Of a stretch of 64,000 bases of DNA, positions 1 to 9,910 are shown piece after piece; the stretch's first letter is position 1; each line of letters opens with the position of its first letter. The notes beneath the pieces were generated by a model. That model made no database searches and had not been told where the DNA came from. It saw nothing but the letters and a program-made list of their open reading frames with translations. The translations under genes were made by a program, and so were the position numbers. This DNA comes from Camelus ferus (taxonomy: Eukaryota): NCBI RefSeq assembly GCF_009834535.1, contig NC_045697.1, positions 17,300,001-17,364,000 of the forward strand. The letters are read 5' to 3'.

Positions 1-2847
1 TTGTTTCTGTACTTCATCTTAAAGTTCATACCGCACCACTGGAAGAAGAAATCAATATTTTAAATAATCTCCCTTTCCCCACCGTGCAATGCCACTGCAC
101 TGAGAGTAGCACGCCACCCAGTACCGGCCTGGGAGCTAATCGTCCTCCACAGAGCAGCGCCAGCTGCTTCGTCAGAAATTCTTTCCGATTTTCTTAGCAA
201 CATGAGTCTCCCTTTCTAGAACAAAGATCTCGCCTTTTGGGAAAATGCTTTTCCAAATCAAGTTAAACTAACTTTACCAGGACAAACCGATAGTTTTCCT
301 CTTTTGAAAACGCCCCCCAACCCCTTCTCTGGTTCTCTCCTTCCTTTACTCTTATCCTGCCCCGCACCCCTCTCTCTCACCCCACCTCATTTGGTTTCCA
401 AGGAGTTTGCACGTGATTGCCTGTCTTGCAAAATCGGGCCGTAGCCCTTCGCTTTTAAACGCTCTCAAACGAATTGTTTCCTATCTCGTTAAAGATGTTG
501 CCAATCTCCCATCGCTGTAAAGCTGTATCACTGAGTGCTTCCGTACACCCAATTCTCCTTTCTACCTTCCTTGGGAAGAAAATAAATTGCTCGAGTTTCG
601 CGGCCCCGAGGTGCAGGTCGGAGGTACGCGCCTAGAAACTTATCCTAACGCTTCTGACTCCAGAACTGGGGGGCGCGGCACTGCCAAGGAATCCCGAACC
701 CGGGCTGGGCTTGTGTGGGGTGAGTGGTTCAAGCCTTTCCTACGCGTCTCGGTCCTCAAAGACGAGATGGGGTTGGTTTCTGACTCATCGACAATCACAC
801 ACACGCACACACGCGCGCACACACACACATACACACAGTCGGGCGTACGCCAGCTCCTGGATAGCTGGAGTTTGCCCAGCCGAAGGGGTCGTTGGCTCTA
901 GACAATCCGGAGGAGGCGTGGGGAGGCACGGGGAGCACCCGGGCCCCGCCAGATCGGGCAGAGTGGCCTGGAGAAATCCTCCAGCGCCTCGGGCAGCTGG
1001 GGCACCCCTCGAGCCCCACAACTCCAGAGCCCGCCCGAACACCTCGGCAGTTCCTGCAAGTTTCTGCTCACAGCGGGGCCTCCCCTTTCCTGTTTGCCTC
1101 GCCCGGAACCCCTGCTTCACGCGCCTGGGCCGCCCTCCCGCATCCCCCCGCCGCGGAGCTCGGCGCCACGCGAGCGGCCGGCGCGCTTCCCGGGAGCTGC
1201 CCAGATGCCCCCACCCGCCGCGGCGGCCCGGCGGTCTGGCTGCAGCTCGCCGCCGTCTCCCGCTGCTGCTACCGCGGCGGCAGGAGCCTCTCCCAGGCTC
1301 CCGGGCGGCCCTTATGTATTATTCACTCGGATGGCCACGGCGCTTTCTGGAGAGCCCACGCCGGAGACGCGAGGTCTGCGCCCGGCGACTACTAGTTCGG
1401 CGATCTCAGTTTCTTGGAAACTGGGGGTGATGCGGGGGAGGCGGAGCGCATTTTTTGGTTGTTTTGCTTTGGGGGTTGGCTTTTTGGCCGGGAGCTCGCA
1501 GGAGCGCGTTGCGCCCTGGGCCCGGGAAGGAGCGCGCCAGAGCCGGCGAGTGCGACGAGCAGCCCCGCCAGCGGCCGAGGCGGGCGGACGGGCTGGGGAA
1601 AATAGATGCCGCGGTGGCCGGGCGAGCCAGGCAGAACGGTGCTCTTTTCCTCGACACCCCCCGCCCGCCGGCCCGCTCCCCCCGCGGCGCTCGCTCCGCC
1701 GGGGCCGGGAATCCCCCGCGCCTCAGACCGCCCTCCGAGTTGCTGCCGCCTTTCACCATTGCTCCTTCACCTCGCCTCCGGCCCCCAACTTTCCCCAGCC
1801 TGGACTCGCGCGCGCGTACACACACTTACACACGCACACACGCACACACACACGCACACCCCTCCCCTCCCTCGACTCCAGCTCCACTTCCCCGCGTAGT
1901 TTGGAGATGACAGATGCCTGTAGACTTTCACCAAACAAGCGGTGGGGGCAGCAGACTACAACAGTTCTTTAATTAAAAGGCATTTTTCCTCTCTTTCTCG
2001 CTCTGGCTCCCAGAATAGCTTTTGCACCCCTAGACCTTGAGCACACGCCTGTCTCTACCGGTTACCAGTGGCCCGCTAACACCCATCTCCTTCCACGCCC
2101 CCCCCTTCCGGTGTCTACCCCCAGTTTCTTCGCGCCCCCCGAGTCACACCGACATGCACACCTAGAGGCCGGCGGTGGGGAGCGTCGAGGGCACGATGCA
2201 GCCGGACTGCATTGCACAGTCATCAAAGTTAAGTGTGTGTGTTTGTGGGGTGCTTGGGCGCGCCGGGGGAGGCGCGGGGTCATGGGCAACGGAGCATCCA
2301 CTCTGCCCCCCCTCCCCGGGGTCAAGGGACGCCTCCACTTGAGATTGCAGCCATTTTAGGGGAAGAGGTGGCTCCGGGCCCAGGGGGAGTGGAGGGGGAA
2401 CAGCACGTCGCGGGGGACTCACAGCTCCGCAACCCCTCGGCGCAACTGGAGGGCGGGCAGGCGCCGGGCGCACAGGGGCGCGGCGCCCGAGGCGACTTGG
2501 GGAAGGTTGCGCTCGAGTTCCCTGGTTTTGCCTGGAGTTGTTCGGGGTAACGTGCCGGCTCCTACCTCTCTAGGGTTCCCGCTGGGCTGGGAGGTTGTGG
2601 GGGAGGGTGGTTTGGATGGTAGATTGAAAAGGGAGGGACACGACAGACCCTGGAGACTAGAGATCTAGTGCTAGGGGAAGGGGGGACACCTCCTCTCGCC
2701 GGTTGGCACGTACCCAGACGGTGCGACCCACTTGGCCCCCTAGCCTCCCCACCCCCTCCCGAGCCTCTGCCTCCCCACCGAGTGCCAAGTGAGCTCACGG
2801 CGGGGGGCACAGGGCGCGACGCCGCCCGGCACCGAGCCACCCCTTAC

Positions 2848-2934
2848 CTGGTTGGAAGGGGTTTCCCAGGAGGAGCCGTAGTTGTAAAAGAAGGAAGGGA
2901 AGAAGGTGTCTTCCGACAGTCCGCAGCCCGCCAT
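2848..2934 (-). CDS. PPARGC1A: Coding part of an alternative first exon (B1/SSR-type) encoding MAGCGLSEDTFFPSFFYNYGSSWETPSNQ; probable brain-isoform N-terminus of PGC-1alpha
   Basis: AGCATGG Kozak context (A at -3, G at +4) at 2934. In-frame TGA upstream at 3003-3001 and no upstream ATG seen to ~3500. 87 nt = 29 codons, ending at a consensus donor CAG|gtaagg at 2848/2847. Phase 0 matches the recalled phase-0 start of PPARGC1A exon 2. The downstream exons are outside the window. Confidence 0.7.
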
Positions 2935-3142
2935 GCTCTGGATGCAAATAAAATGAGGAAAGAAAAAAAAAAGCACACACACAAAAGCAACCAAAAATTT
3001 TCAAAATGAAATTAAACCAATAAGCGAAGAAAAAATTCTCTCCAAAAAATAAAGAAAAGGAGGGGGAAGGGAACGGCAAAGGGAACGAAAACTCTCGGCG
3101 GTGCTCCCTCTCCGGCTGAGGAGGGATGCTCGGGCTGCCGCT

Positions 3143-3143
<1 letters not shown>

Positions 3144-3182
<39 letters not shown>
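3144..3182 (+). repeat. (CCG)13 trinucleotide repeat, read as (CGG)13 in the putative minus-strand 5'UTR
   Basis: Direct count; matches the 13-Pro run in ORF 3126..3497. Confidence 0.95.
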
Positions 3183-3183
<1 letters not shown>

Positions 3184-3234
3184 GCTGCCGCCTTCTCAAG
3201 ACGGTACCTAGAGAGGTTCGTCCTGACTTGAGCA

Positions 3235-3258
3235 GCCGCCGCCGCCGCCGCCGCCGCC
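3235..3258 (+). repeat. (GCC)8 trinucleotide repeat
   Basis: Direct count. Confidence 0.95.
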
Positions 3259-3419
3259 TGTGCCGGCTGCGTGTGTGCGCGCGTGTGTGTGCGTGTGCGT
3301 GTGTGTGGTGTGTGCGCGCAGAGCGAGAGACCGCAGGGGAAGCGAGAGGGCGAGAGAATGAGCGAGCCGGGATGGAGGGCACAGAGGCAGAGCGAGCGGG
3401 CGGGCGTGTGCGCGCGGGG

Positions 3420-3476
3420 GTGCGTGCGTGTATGTGTGTGTGTATGTGTGTGTGTGTATGCGCGCGCGCGCGCGCG
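3420..3476. repeat. Alternating purine-pyrimidine (GT/GC) tract ending in (CG)8
   Basis: Uninterrupted RY alternation from 3420 to 3476. Similar tracts at ~797-838, ~1806-1858, ~3270-3320 and ~3941-3987. Confidence 0.9.
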
Positions 3477-5010
3477 GCTGGGTGTGCGTCTGTTTAGGGA
3501 GCTCACCGGAGAGCCGGGGCCGTCACGTGGGCGCGCTGACTCCGCCGGCTGCCGGGGACAGCCTGTACTACAGCCCCGGCCACTAAATCAGCCCACGCCG
3601 CCAGACCTTTGCAGGCCCCCCACAGCCCGCCCGCCGCCCTCCCCGCGGGGCCGTGCGGGCCCCGGGACAGCAGGGGGCGCGGGTGCGGCCGCGGGTAGAT
3701 GGGCGGGTGGGGAGGGGGTCGCCCCAAACCAGGAAAGGGGAAAGATGCCGGCGGAGGCGCACATGTTCCCCGCTTACGCCCCGCACCTTCCTGGCCAGCC
3801 TTCCTCCCACCCTCTTTGAAGAATTTTTTTTTTTAATTCCTAAAATTGTTTTTGTCTGCAGAGACCTCTCTTTCAACCACGGGGAATTTTTTTTCACACA
3901 GTTTCTACGTCTCGATGTTCTTTCCCGATGCCCCTCGTTCCGCGCGCGCGCACACACGCAGACACACATACACACACACACACACACCCGTGGCCGCCGC
4001 CTCCCATCCCAAATGCAAACCCACTTCCTTTTGCCGGTTGCTGTAGTTAAGTCAACGCTACATCAAACTAGGCTAGGCTGAGAGAACTGGAAAGTGGATT
4101 TAGGGGACAATACTGCCCCAGCAGGAAGAAAGGCTCTAGTTTGGCATTCTGTTGATTTAACAGTTTAAAACGAAGGATTCTGTAGCTTCTGCACTGAAAC
4201 TCAGGCCCTTTGAGTGACAGTTCTTTAAACTGAGCTATTCTCTTAAGTCTATTGTATATTATAAAACTGTAAACGGATACCCCCCAAAAAATGGTATTTT
4301 AGGACCAAACCTTTCCCTCAGCTTTGATAACCGAATAGCTGAAAGTTTTTTTTCTGCAAAAAGCCATTCCTTACCTGCTCCCCTCAACTTTCTATAGATA
4401 TTTATAGTAAGTAAAATTCAAATAAAAATCGGCATATTTGGTGTAAGGTGCTCCTACAAGTATTTGAATCCTCCCAGGAAAACTTGAAACAACCTGTTAT
4501 AGACAATTTATACTGTTTTCTCTCTGAGTCTTTTTTCCAAATGCTACCCACCTTTATTTAAACCAATTGTGTTTTTCCAAGACTCCACACTAACTCTTTT
4601 AAATTCCCCACTTGAGGTCAAAATCCTCTGTGAAATAAACATTTCCACAGCAACCCAGTGATGTCACAAACATCGGCTCATGATTTCAGAGGGGAAATAA
4701 AGCAAGAGAAAAGGATCTCTTTAGAACGACAGCTTCTGTTTTCTTGCAAATAGCATTGCTCCTAGTAGAGATTCAGAAAACATATTGTATTTCTGGCTAA
4801 ATACCTGTTTTCTTTTTCTGAGATTGACTTATTTTTCAAAGATACGTCAAATGATCTTTTTTTTTTTTTTTAAATCACCATCTTCTTCTCAGGGTTCATG
4901 AAGAATGGTGTTTTGAGTCAGTGGTCCCTAACCACACTGGCCACTGGAGATTTTAATAAAGTGGGAGAAGTTGGTTTTTTTTCCCTAAAAAATGTCAGAA
5001 AGAACATTGA

Positions 5011-5046
5011 ATGATTATAAATCAATAAAAGATGTTAAAAAAAAAA
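5011..5046 (+). mobile_element. Extremely 5'-truncated L1 3'-end insertion with 14-bp target-site duplication
   Basis: AGAAAGAACATTGA at 4997-5010 and 5047-5060 flanks ATGATTATAAATCAATAAAAGATGTT followed by poly(A). Confidence 0.7.
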
Positions 5047-5639
5047 AGAAAGAACATTGAGAGATGAAATTTAATGTACTAACTTCAGACCCGAATAATG
5101 CTGACTAACCTGGCTTCAAAAATATAACAGTTTTTAAGAAGTATTAGACCCACAGAAATTCTATTCAGCTATCAAAATTAGTGCTGATCTCACCAATACT
5201 GAAGAGAGGGGCTTCTCCTCCATCGTTCCTTCTATTGTTTCCTGGCTCTCCAGTTTGGGAGAAAGAGGGGAACATTCTTCATGCAGTCCCCCCTTTTCAC
5301 CCCTTGCAGTTTCACGCCTAATAAATACTAAACGTAAAAGGGGCTGGAAAATAGAATTAGGCCCAATGCCTGGGGTTTCTTAGGTTTCCTGTCTAAATCA
5401 AATCCTTTAGATAATATTCGTACAGAGCACTATAGAAATTTAGTCTGTAAGGTGCTTTTCATATATATTTTAGCTCAGGTTTACATTCTGTTCCTGCAGA
5501 CACTTAACTGCTTCCCAAGCTTCAGCTCAGGTTCCACCTCCTCCCCAGTAGAAGTTAACTCTTATCTCTGTGATCCCTTTTCCTATTTGTTGCATGAACA
5601 GAATTACTCCTCATGACAATCCTGGAAAAACTGGGACTC

Positions 5640-6080
5640 TTGAAACCCATTTCATAGATGTGGAAATAGGCTCAGATATACTAAATAACCTGCCCAGGAC
5701 CACTCAGCTACAAAGTAGTGGGAATTGAACCCAAGCTCTGTGACCCCCACCTACCTCTTGCATCCAGATCTGAGCCCATCATAGCACTGCTCTTATGTGA
5801 CCATATCACACATCACCCCCAGAACAGCATCAGTGTTTCCACCTTCTAACTGCCCGAATTGGTGCTAAGTCTACATCTGTGAGATGTGGTCATTTAAAAA
5901 TTGATGGCATGTTCACAGGATCACTCTTCATGAGAGCCCTGTTGGGAAGCTATTTTGTTTGTTTGTTTGTTTTATAGATGGAGAAGCTGAGGCTCAGGGA
6001 AAGACCCTCGACTCCCTATCCTGCCCACAGCTAGTAAGTGGCAGAACTAGGTCTTGAACCAAAATTTCTGGCTCATGACT
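5640..6080 (-). mobile_element. Two MIR SINE fragments (~5640-5750 and ~5965-6080)
   Basis: MIR core-like motifs: ttttatagatggagaagctgaggctcag, cacagctagtaagtggcagaactagg and gaattgaacccaag. Confidence 0.7.
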
Positions 6081-7544
6081 TCTCTTTCCTTAAAAAGTAG
6101 TCTTTTCCATCCCCAAACACACAGGAAAATGGGTCCCTGGATGCACCAAGGAGGCCCAGACATCCAGGGAGGGAGAGGCAGGGACAGGTGGAAAGAATCT
6201 CCTCTGAGTAACAAAGAGGGGAACGTTTGTATAAATGAAGTCTGGCCTCCAGCCACAAACGCTTGGCTGCCCTCAAGTCTCCAGTTCTCTTTTAAACAAG
6301 GAAGGCCCAAGGAGGGCCACCTGGACAGACTTCTGATGAAACGCCGTCCTCTTTGCCCAGCCTGTCCCTCTCCCGAGTAGCCCGACCGCCCTGAAAGAAT
6401 TCTTCCTCGGTAGGGTTGCACTCTGGGCATTAGCGCAGTAACGTAGAGGTTTGTTTGCTGGTTCCCAACAACATAAAAACAAGCCACCCTCTCTACCTCC
6501 ACTGGGGCCCAGAACAGATGGAGACGACCCCTTGGGAGGCAGAGGGAGCCACAGGCTCATTGAGAAAAGATCACCCCAGCCACCTCGCCAACTCCCTGCT
6601 GTGCAGTATCCAGAAATTTGAAGATGGAAACCCAAAACAGAAAGTATATGATTTCCAAACACACTGGTCCTCTCCAGAAAGACCAAACTGTCTTCTGCAT
6701 ACATTCCTCGGTCATCCTGCCAAGTCACGATTTGTCACACTGAAAATGTGTGATTTGTTGAATGTATGGTTTTCCATTAACAAGAAAATTCATCTTTATT
6801 GGTAAGCACTTTCTCCCCAAGAAATAAGTCTTGCATTAATTTCATACTGGAAATTGGTTAATAGCCCAGATGATGCTGGGGTGTTTTCCTTGTTTATAAA
6901 TGAGATGCATTAGCACTCTCATACCACTAGGGTATCATTTAGTGAATGGTTGCTCCGTTCTGCAGATGCGAGAGGCCAAATTGTTGTGGATGTGGATAAA
7001 AAATGATCGTTTTGGCAAAAACTGCAGATGGGAAGCAGATGTAATGTACAGAGGAAGTAGATTTCACTCAGTCTCTTTCCTTTATTAAAATAAAGTCTGC
7101 TAATTTGTCTTATTTAAAAAAGCCCTCTGAATACAAACATATGTGTTAATTCCAGGCACAGTGGAAACCAGTATCATTCCTGCCTTCAAGAAGTTTACCA
7201 TCTTAAGACATGTTGTTTGGTCTACCAACTGTTTTTAGTTGCCAATTTTCTTTGTAATTATTTAAAAATGTACATCCTCTCATCAAAGTTGTAATTACCC
7301 TGGGGAAAGATTAAAATTAAGAAGAAGTGGTGAGACAAGAAAAAGTTGAGAGGGTAGCCGGATTGTGTAATGAGAGAGAGATTTTGTGAAAAGTGCAGAA
7401 AGGCAGGGGCAGAAAGGATGCAGCAGTTCATGCAAAAACAAACTACAGCAGAAAATGAACCTCAAAATAACTATGACATTAGTAATAACAAACGTGTATG
7501 GAATGCTTATAATATGCCAGTCATGATGCTAAACGTAGGACAGT

Positions 7545-7900
7545 CTTACAGTGGGCTTCCCTGATCAAAGGAAAGTGCGTCAAAATACGAGTTGTTTATT
7601 TGGGAGGAGATCCTAGGAAACACAGGTAGGGAAGTAGGAGATGTGAGAAAAAGAAGTGAAGGAAGCATTAAAGGGCAACTATGGGCAACCAGAGCTTAAT
7701 CCTTCTTGGGAACCTCTGGGAGGCAGTGCAGAAGGCACAATTCAGAGTGACCCATTCGAGGGGCAAGGGGGCTGGGGTATTGATCCTCCAACTCCTCAGC
7801 TGAAGGCGGCTCCCAGGTGTTGTTAACTCCCAAGCACATCCAACCTGTGGCAAGTATGGGGCCTAGTGGGGTCTGGCAGCCAGAGAAAGGGATGCAGAGG
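7545..7900. mobile_element. Old ERVL-class LTR fragment (family uncertain)
   Basis: tttatttgggaggagatcctaggaaacac...gggcaaccagagcttaatcc...gggaacctctggga resembles recalled ERVL LTR consensus. Confidence 0.5.
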
Positions 7901-8015
7901 CTGATATAAGAATCTGGAGCCACGTACTTGGAAATGGTATGGGCTGTGGGGATATGGGTGGAGCACCAAGGGCATCTGCTTCCCAAACAGTCACTCATTT
8001 CATTTTACAAAAACC

Positions 8016-8056
8016 TTTTTTGTTTGTTTGTTTTATTGGGGGGGGGGTAATTAGGT

Positions 8057-8116
<60 letters not shown>

Positions 8117-8195
8117 TGGAGGTACTGGGGATTGAACCCAGGACCTCCTGCATGCTAAACATGTGCTCTACCACTGAGCTATACTCTCCACCCCC
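8016..8195 (-). mobile_element. tRNA-derived SINE (camelid Vic-1-like) with internal (TTTA)15 at 8056-8115
   Basis: The minus strand reads gtatagctcagtggtagagc (A box)...ggttcaatcccc (B box)agtacctcc, then (TAAA)n, aaacctaattaccccc and an A-rich tail. Confidence 0.85.
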
Positions 8196-8429
8196 TTTTT
8201 AAAATTCAGTCTCCACAGAGAGTGTCAAAAATTGCCAATGCCAACTATATTTCAAGTTAGGTATTGGGAAAAGATTTCAATTAGCAATAATCGTGCCTCG
8301 GGTAAACCTCATTGGCTACCATACTGCCACTGCACAAAGCTACAAAAACCTTTTGAAGTGGAAACATTTCCACTTTTTCCTAAGAGAACACAATCTAGGA
8401 GAGTAAGAGGGGGCATCTGTTGTTTTTAG

Positions 8430-8890
8430 CCAGTTAGCATCAGTTCCCTCTTCTGATAACAGCCCCCTGCTTTTCCTTCGAGAAACATTCCCTCCCCCCA
8501 TCATGGTGATCTAAGTCCCTCACTCCAAGGATGTGCAGGTGACCCAAGCTGACCTGATAAGAGCACTAGCTCAGATTTTCACTGGGGCTATAGGACTATG
8601 GGAGCTATAGAGGTGTCTTCTTTCTGCCAGGAGAGCAAAACTGGGAGGATAGGAAGCCTGGAGCTCATCCCAGCTCCATGTTATGCCCACGAGAATGAAC
8701 CCAAATGCTTGAGAATGAAGCCAGCCCAGAGGAAAGCCAGCCTGAAAAGCCAGCACTGGAAAGAAGCACCACAGATTCCTGACTTAACATCTTTGCAACT
8801 GGATCTAGCCCAACCTGAAGCCGGACACCACCCTAGACTTCCCAAGTGTGTAAGCCAAGAAACTCTTCTTTAACTGTGAACCAGTTGGGG
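8430..8890 (+). mobile_element. LTR16-like ERVL LTR fragment
   Basis: Ends and internal motifs (ccctcttctgataacagccc; ctagacttcccaagtgtgtaagccaa) resemble recalled LTR16-type consensus. Confidence 0.5.
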
Positions 8891-9325
8891 CTAAATTCAC
8901 AGAAGTTAAGTAACTTTGCCAAGATCACACCTCTAATGAGTGTGAATGTAATATTCAACAAGTAACCCTAATTCATTTCGGTGCTAAGGCCCATGATCTG
9001 AGCTCATGCTTTACAGTGGCAAGGAGCATCTACCACAGGACAGAGCTCAGTTACAGCACCCTTCTCATTGCCTGGCCCTCACTTGGAACTTCTTCCCTTC
9101 CAGAAGCCACTGCCAAAGTGTTTAAGAGGATAATGGATCAGGGTGCATCTCTGCTTTATTTGAATTGTTTGTTCCATCAAATTGTTAAAAGTGCAACCAT
9201 GTCTTAAGGATGGTCACTTTAAGAAAGGTTGGAGTGGAAGCGAGAGAAAGCTTAAAAAGAAGATGGGGAATTAAGACCTTCAGTTTTTGATGAGCCAATC
9301 TTGAGCTACTTATGGACAATTCCTG

Positions 9326-9910
9326 TTGTAGTCAAAACCCTTGGTTGTAAGTGACAAAAACCCCACTTCACTGGCTGAAGCAAAAACCAACCGAAAACTT
9401 TATCGGCTTACCTAACTGAAACGACCAAGAACAGGGCTGTCTTCTAGAAGGGCTGGGTGTATGCAGGACTCAACCTGCATCAACAACACACTTGTGCTTG
9501 CCTTTGGATTGACCTCATCCTCAATCCCACAAAGAGCCTCCAGCAGCTTCTGGCTGCCCTCTTCCTTTTTATCAATGGTCCTCACAGAAAGAGAGGAAAC
9601 GGATGTCCCTCTCTTCTCAAGAGTTCCTCCCAAAACCCTGCCATTTCAAATCATTGGCTCTGACTGGGTCACGTGCCCATCATTACACTATTACGAGAGC
9701 CAGTGGGATGCCATGCTCTGACTGACTGGACTTCAGTCACATGCCCATCCTTGGCTCTCTTGGTGGAGTCACCCCACCAAAGCACATGAATTGAGACTGG
9801 AGAAGATGTAGTTCCCCAGAGGAAAGCTAGGGCGCAATCTGGTAATCTCCTCTTTCTAGAAGAACGGTGATTAGCTGTCAAGCAGACAAAAATGGCAATC
9901 ATCCACAGCA
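9326..9910 (-). mobile_element. MLT1 (MaLR) LTR, old subfamily
   Basis: ttggttgtaagtgacaaaaacccca...ctggctgaagcaaaaa and tcattggctctgactgggtcacgtgcccat are typical MLT1J/K/L-like motifs. Confidence 0.65.

Larger units (their letters stand above)
590..4000. promoter_or_regulatory. Large CpG island; probable distal (CNS-type) PPARGC1A promoter region, transcribing leftwards
   Basis: Very high GC and CpG density from ~590 to ~4000. GC boxes at ~3625-3645 and an E-box GTCACGTGG at 3522-3530. The assignment rests on recalled synteny: in human and mouse the brain-specific PPARGC1A promoter lies in a repeat-rich CpG island just downstream of DHX15 on the same strand. Confidence 0.8.

Noticed and set aside
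141..161. RE1/REST-like site (ccacagagcagcgcc); also left half-sites at ~10781 and ~19395
   Set aside because: Only partial half-site matches with wrong spacing.
1755..1775. Additional minus-strand splice donors (GAG|gtgaag, ATG|gtgaaa) suggesting another first exon
   Set aside because: Weak donor matches, with no supported start site or frame.
587..4081. Many long overlapping ORFs (up to 292 aa) in the CpG island
   Set aside because: Low-complexity Arg/Pro/Ala/Gly or HT/CV translations on both strands, as expected from stop-codon scarcity in GC-rich and dinucleotide-repeat DNA. Only the 29-codon exon has start and splice support.
8117..8190. Possible tRNA gene
   Set aside because: A and B boxes are present, but they are followed by a SINE body and an A-rich tail, so this is a SINE head.
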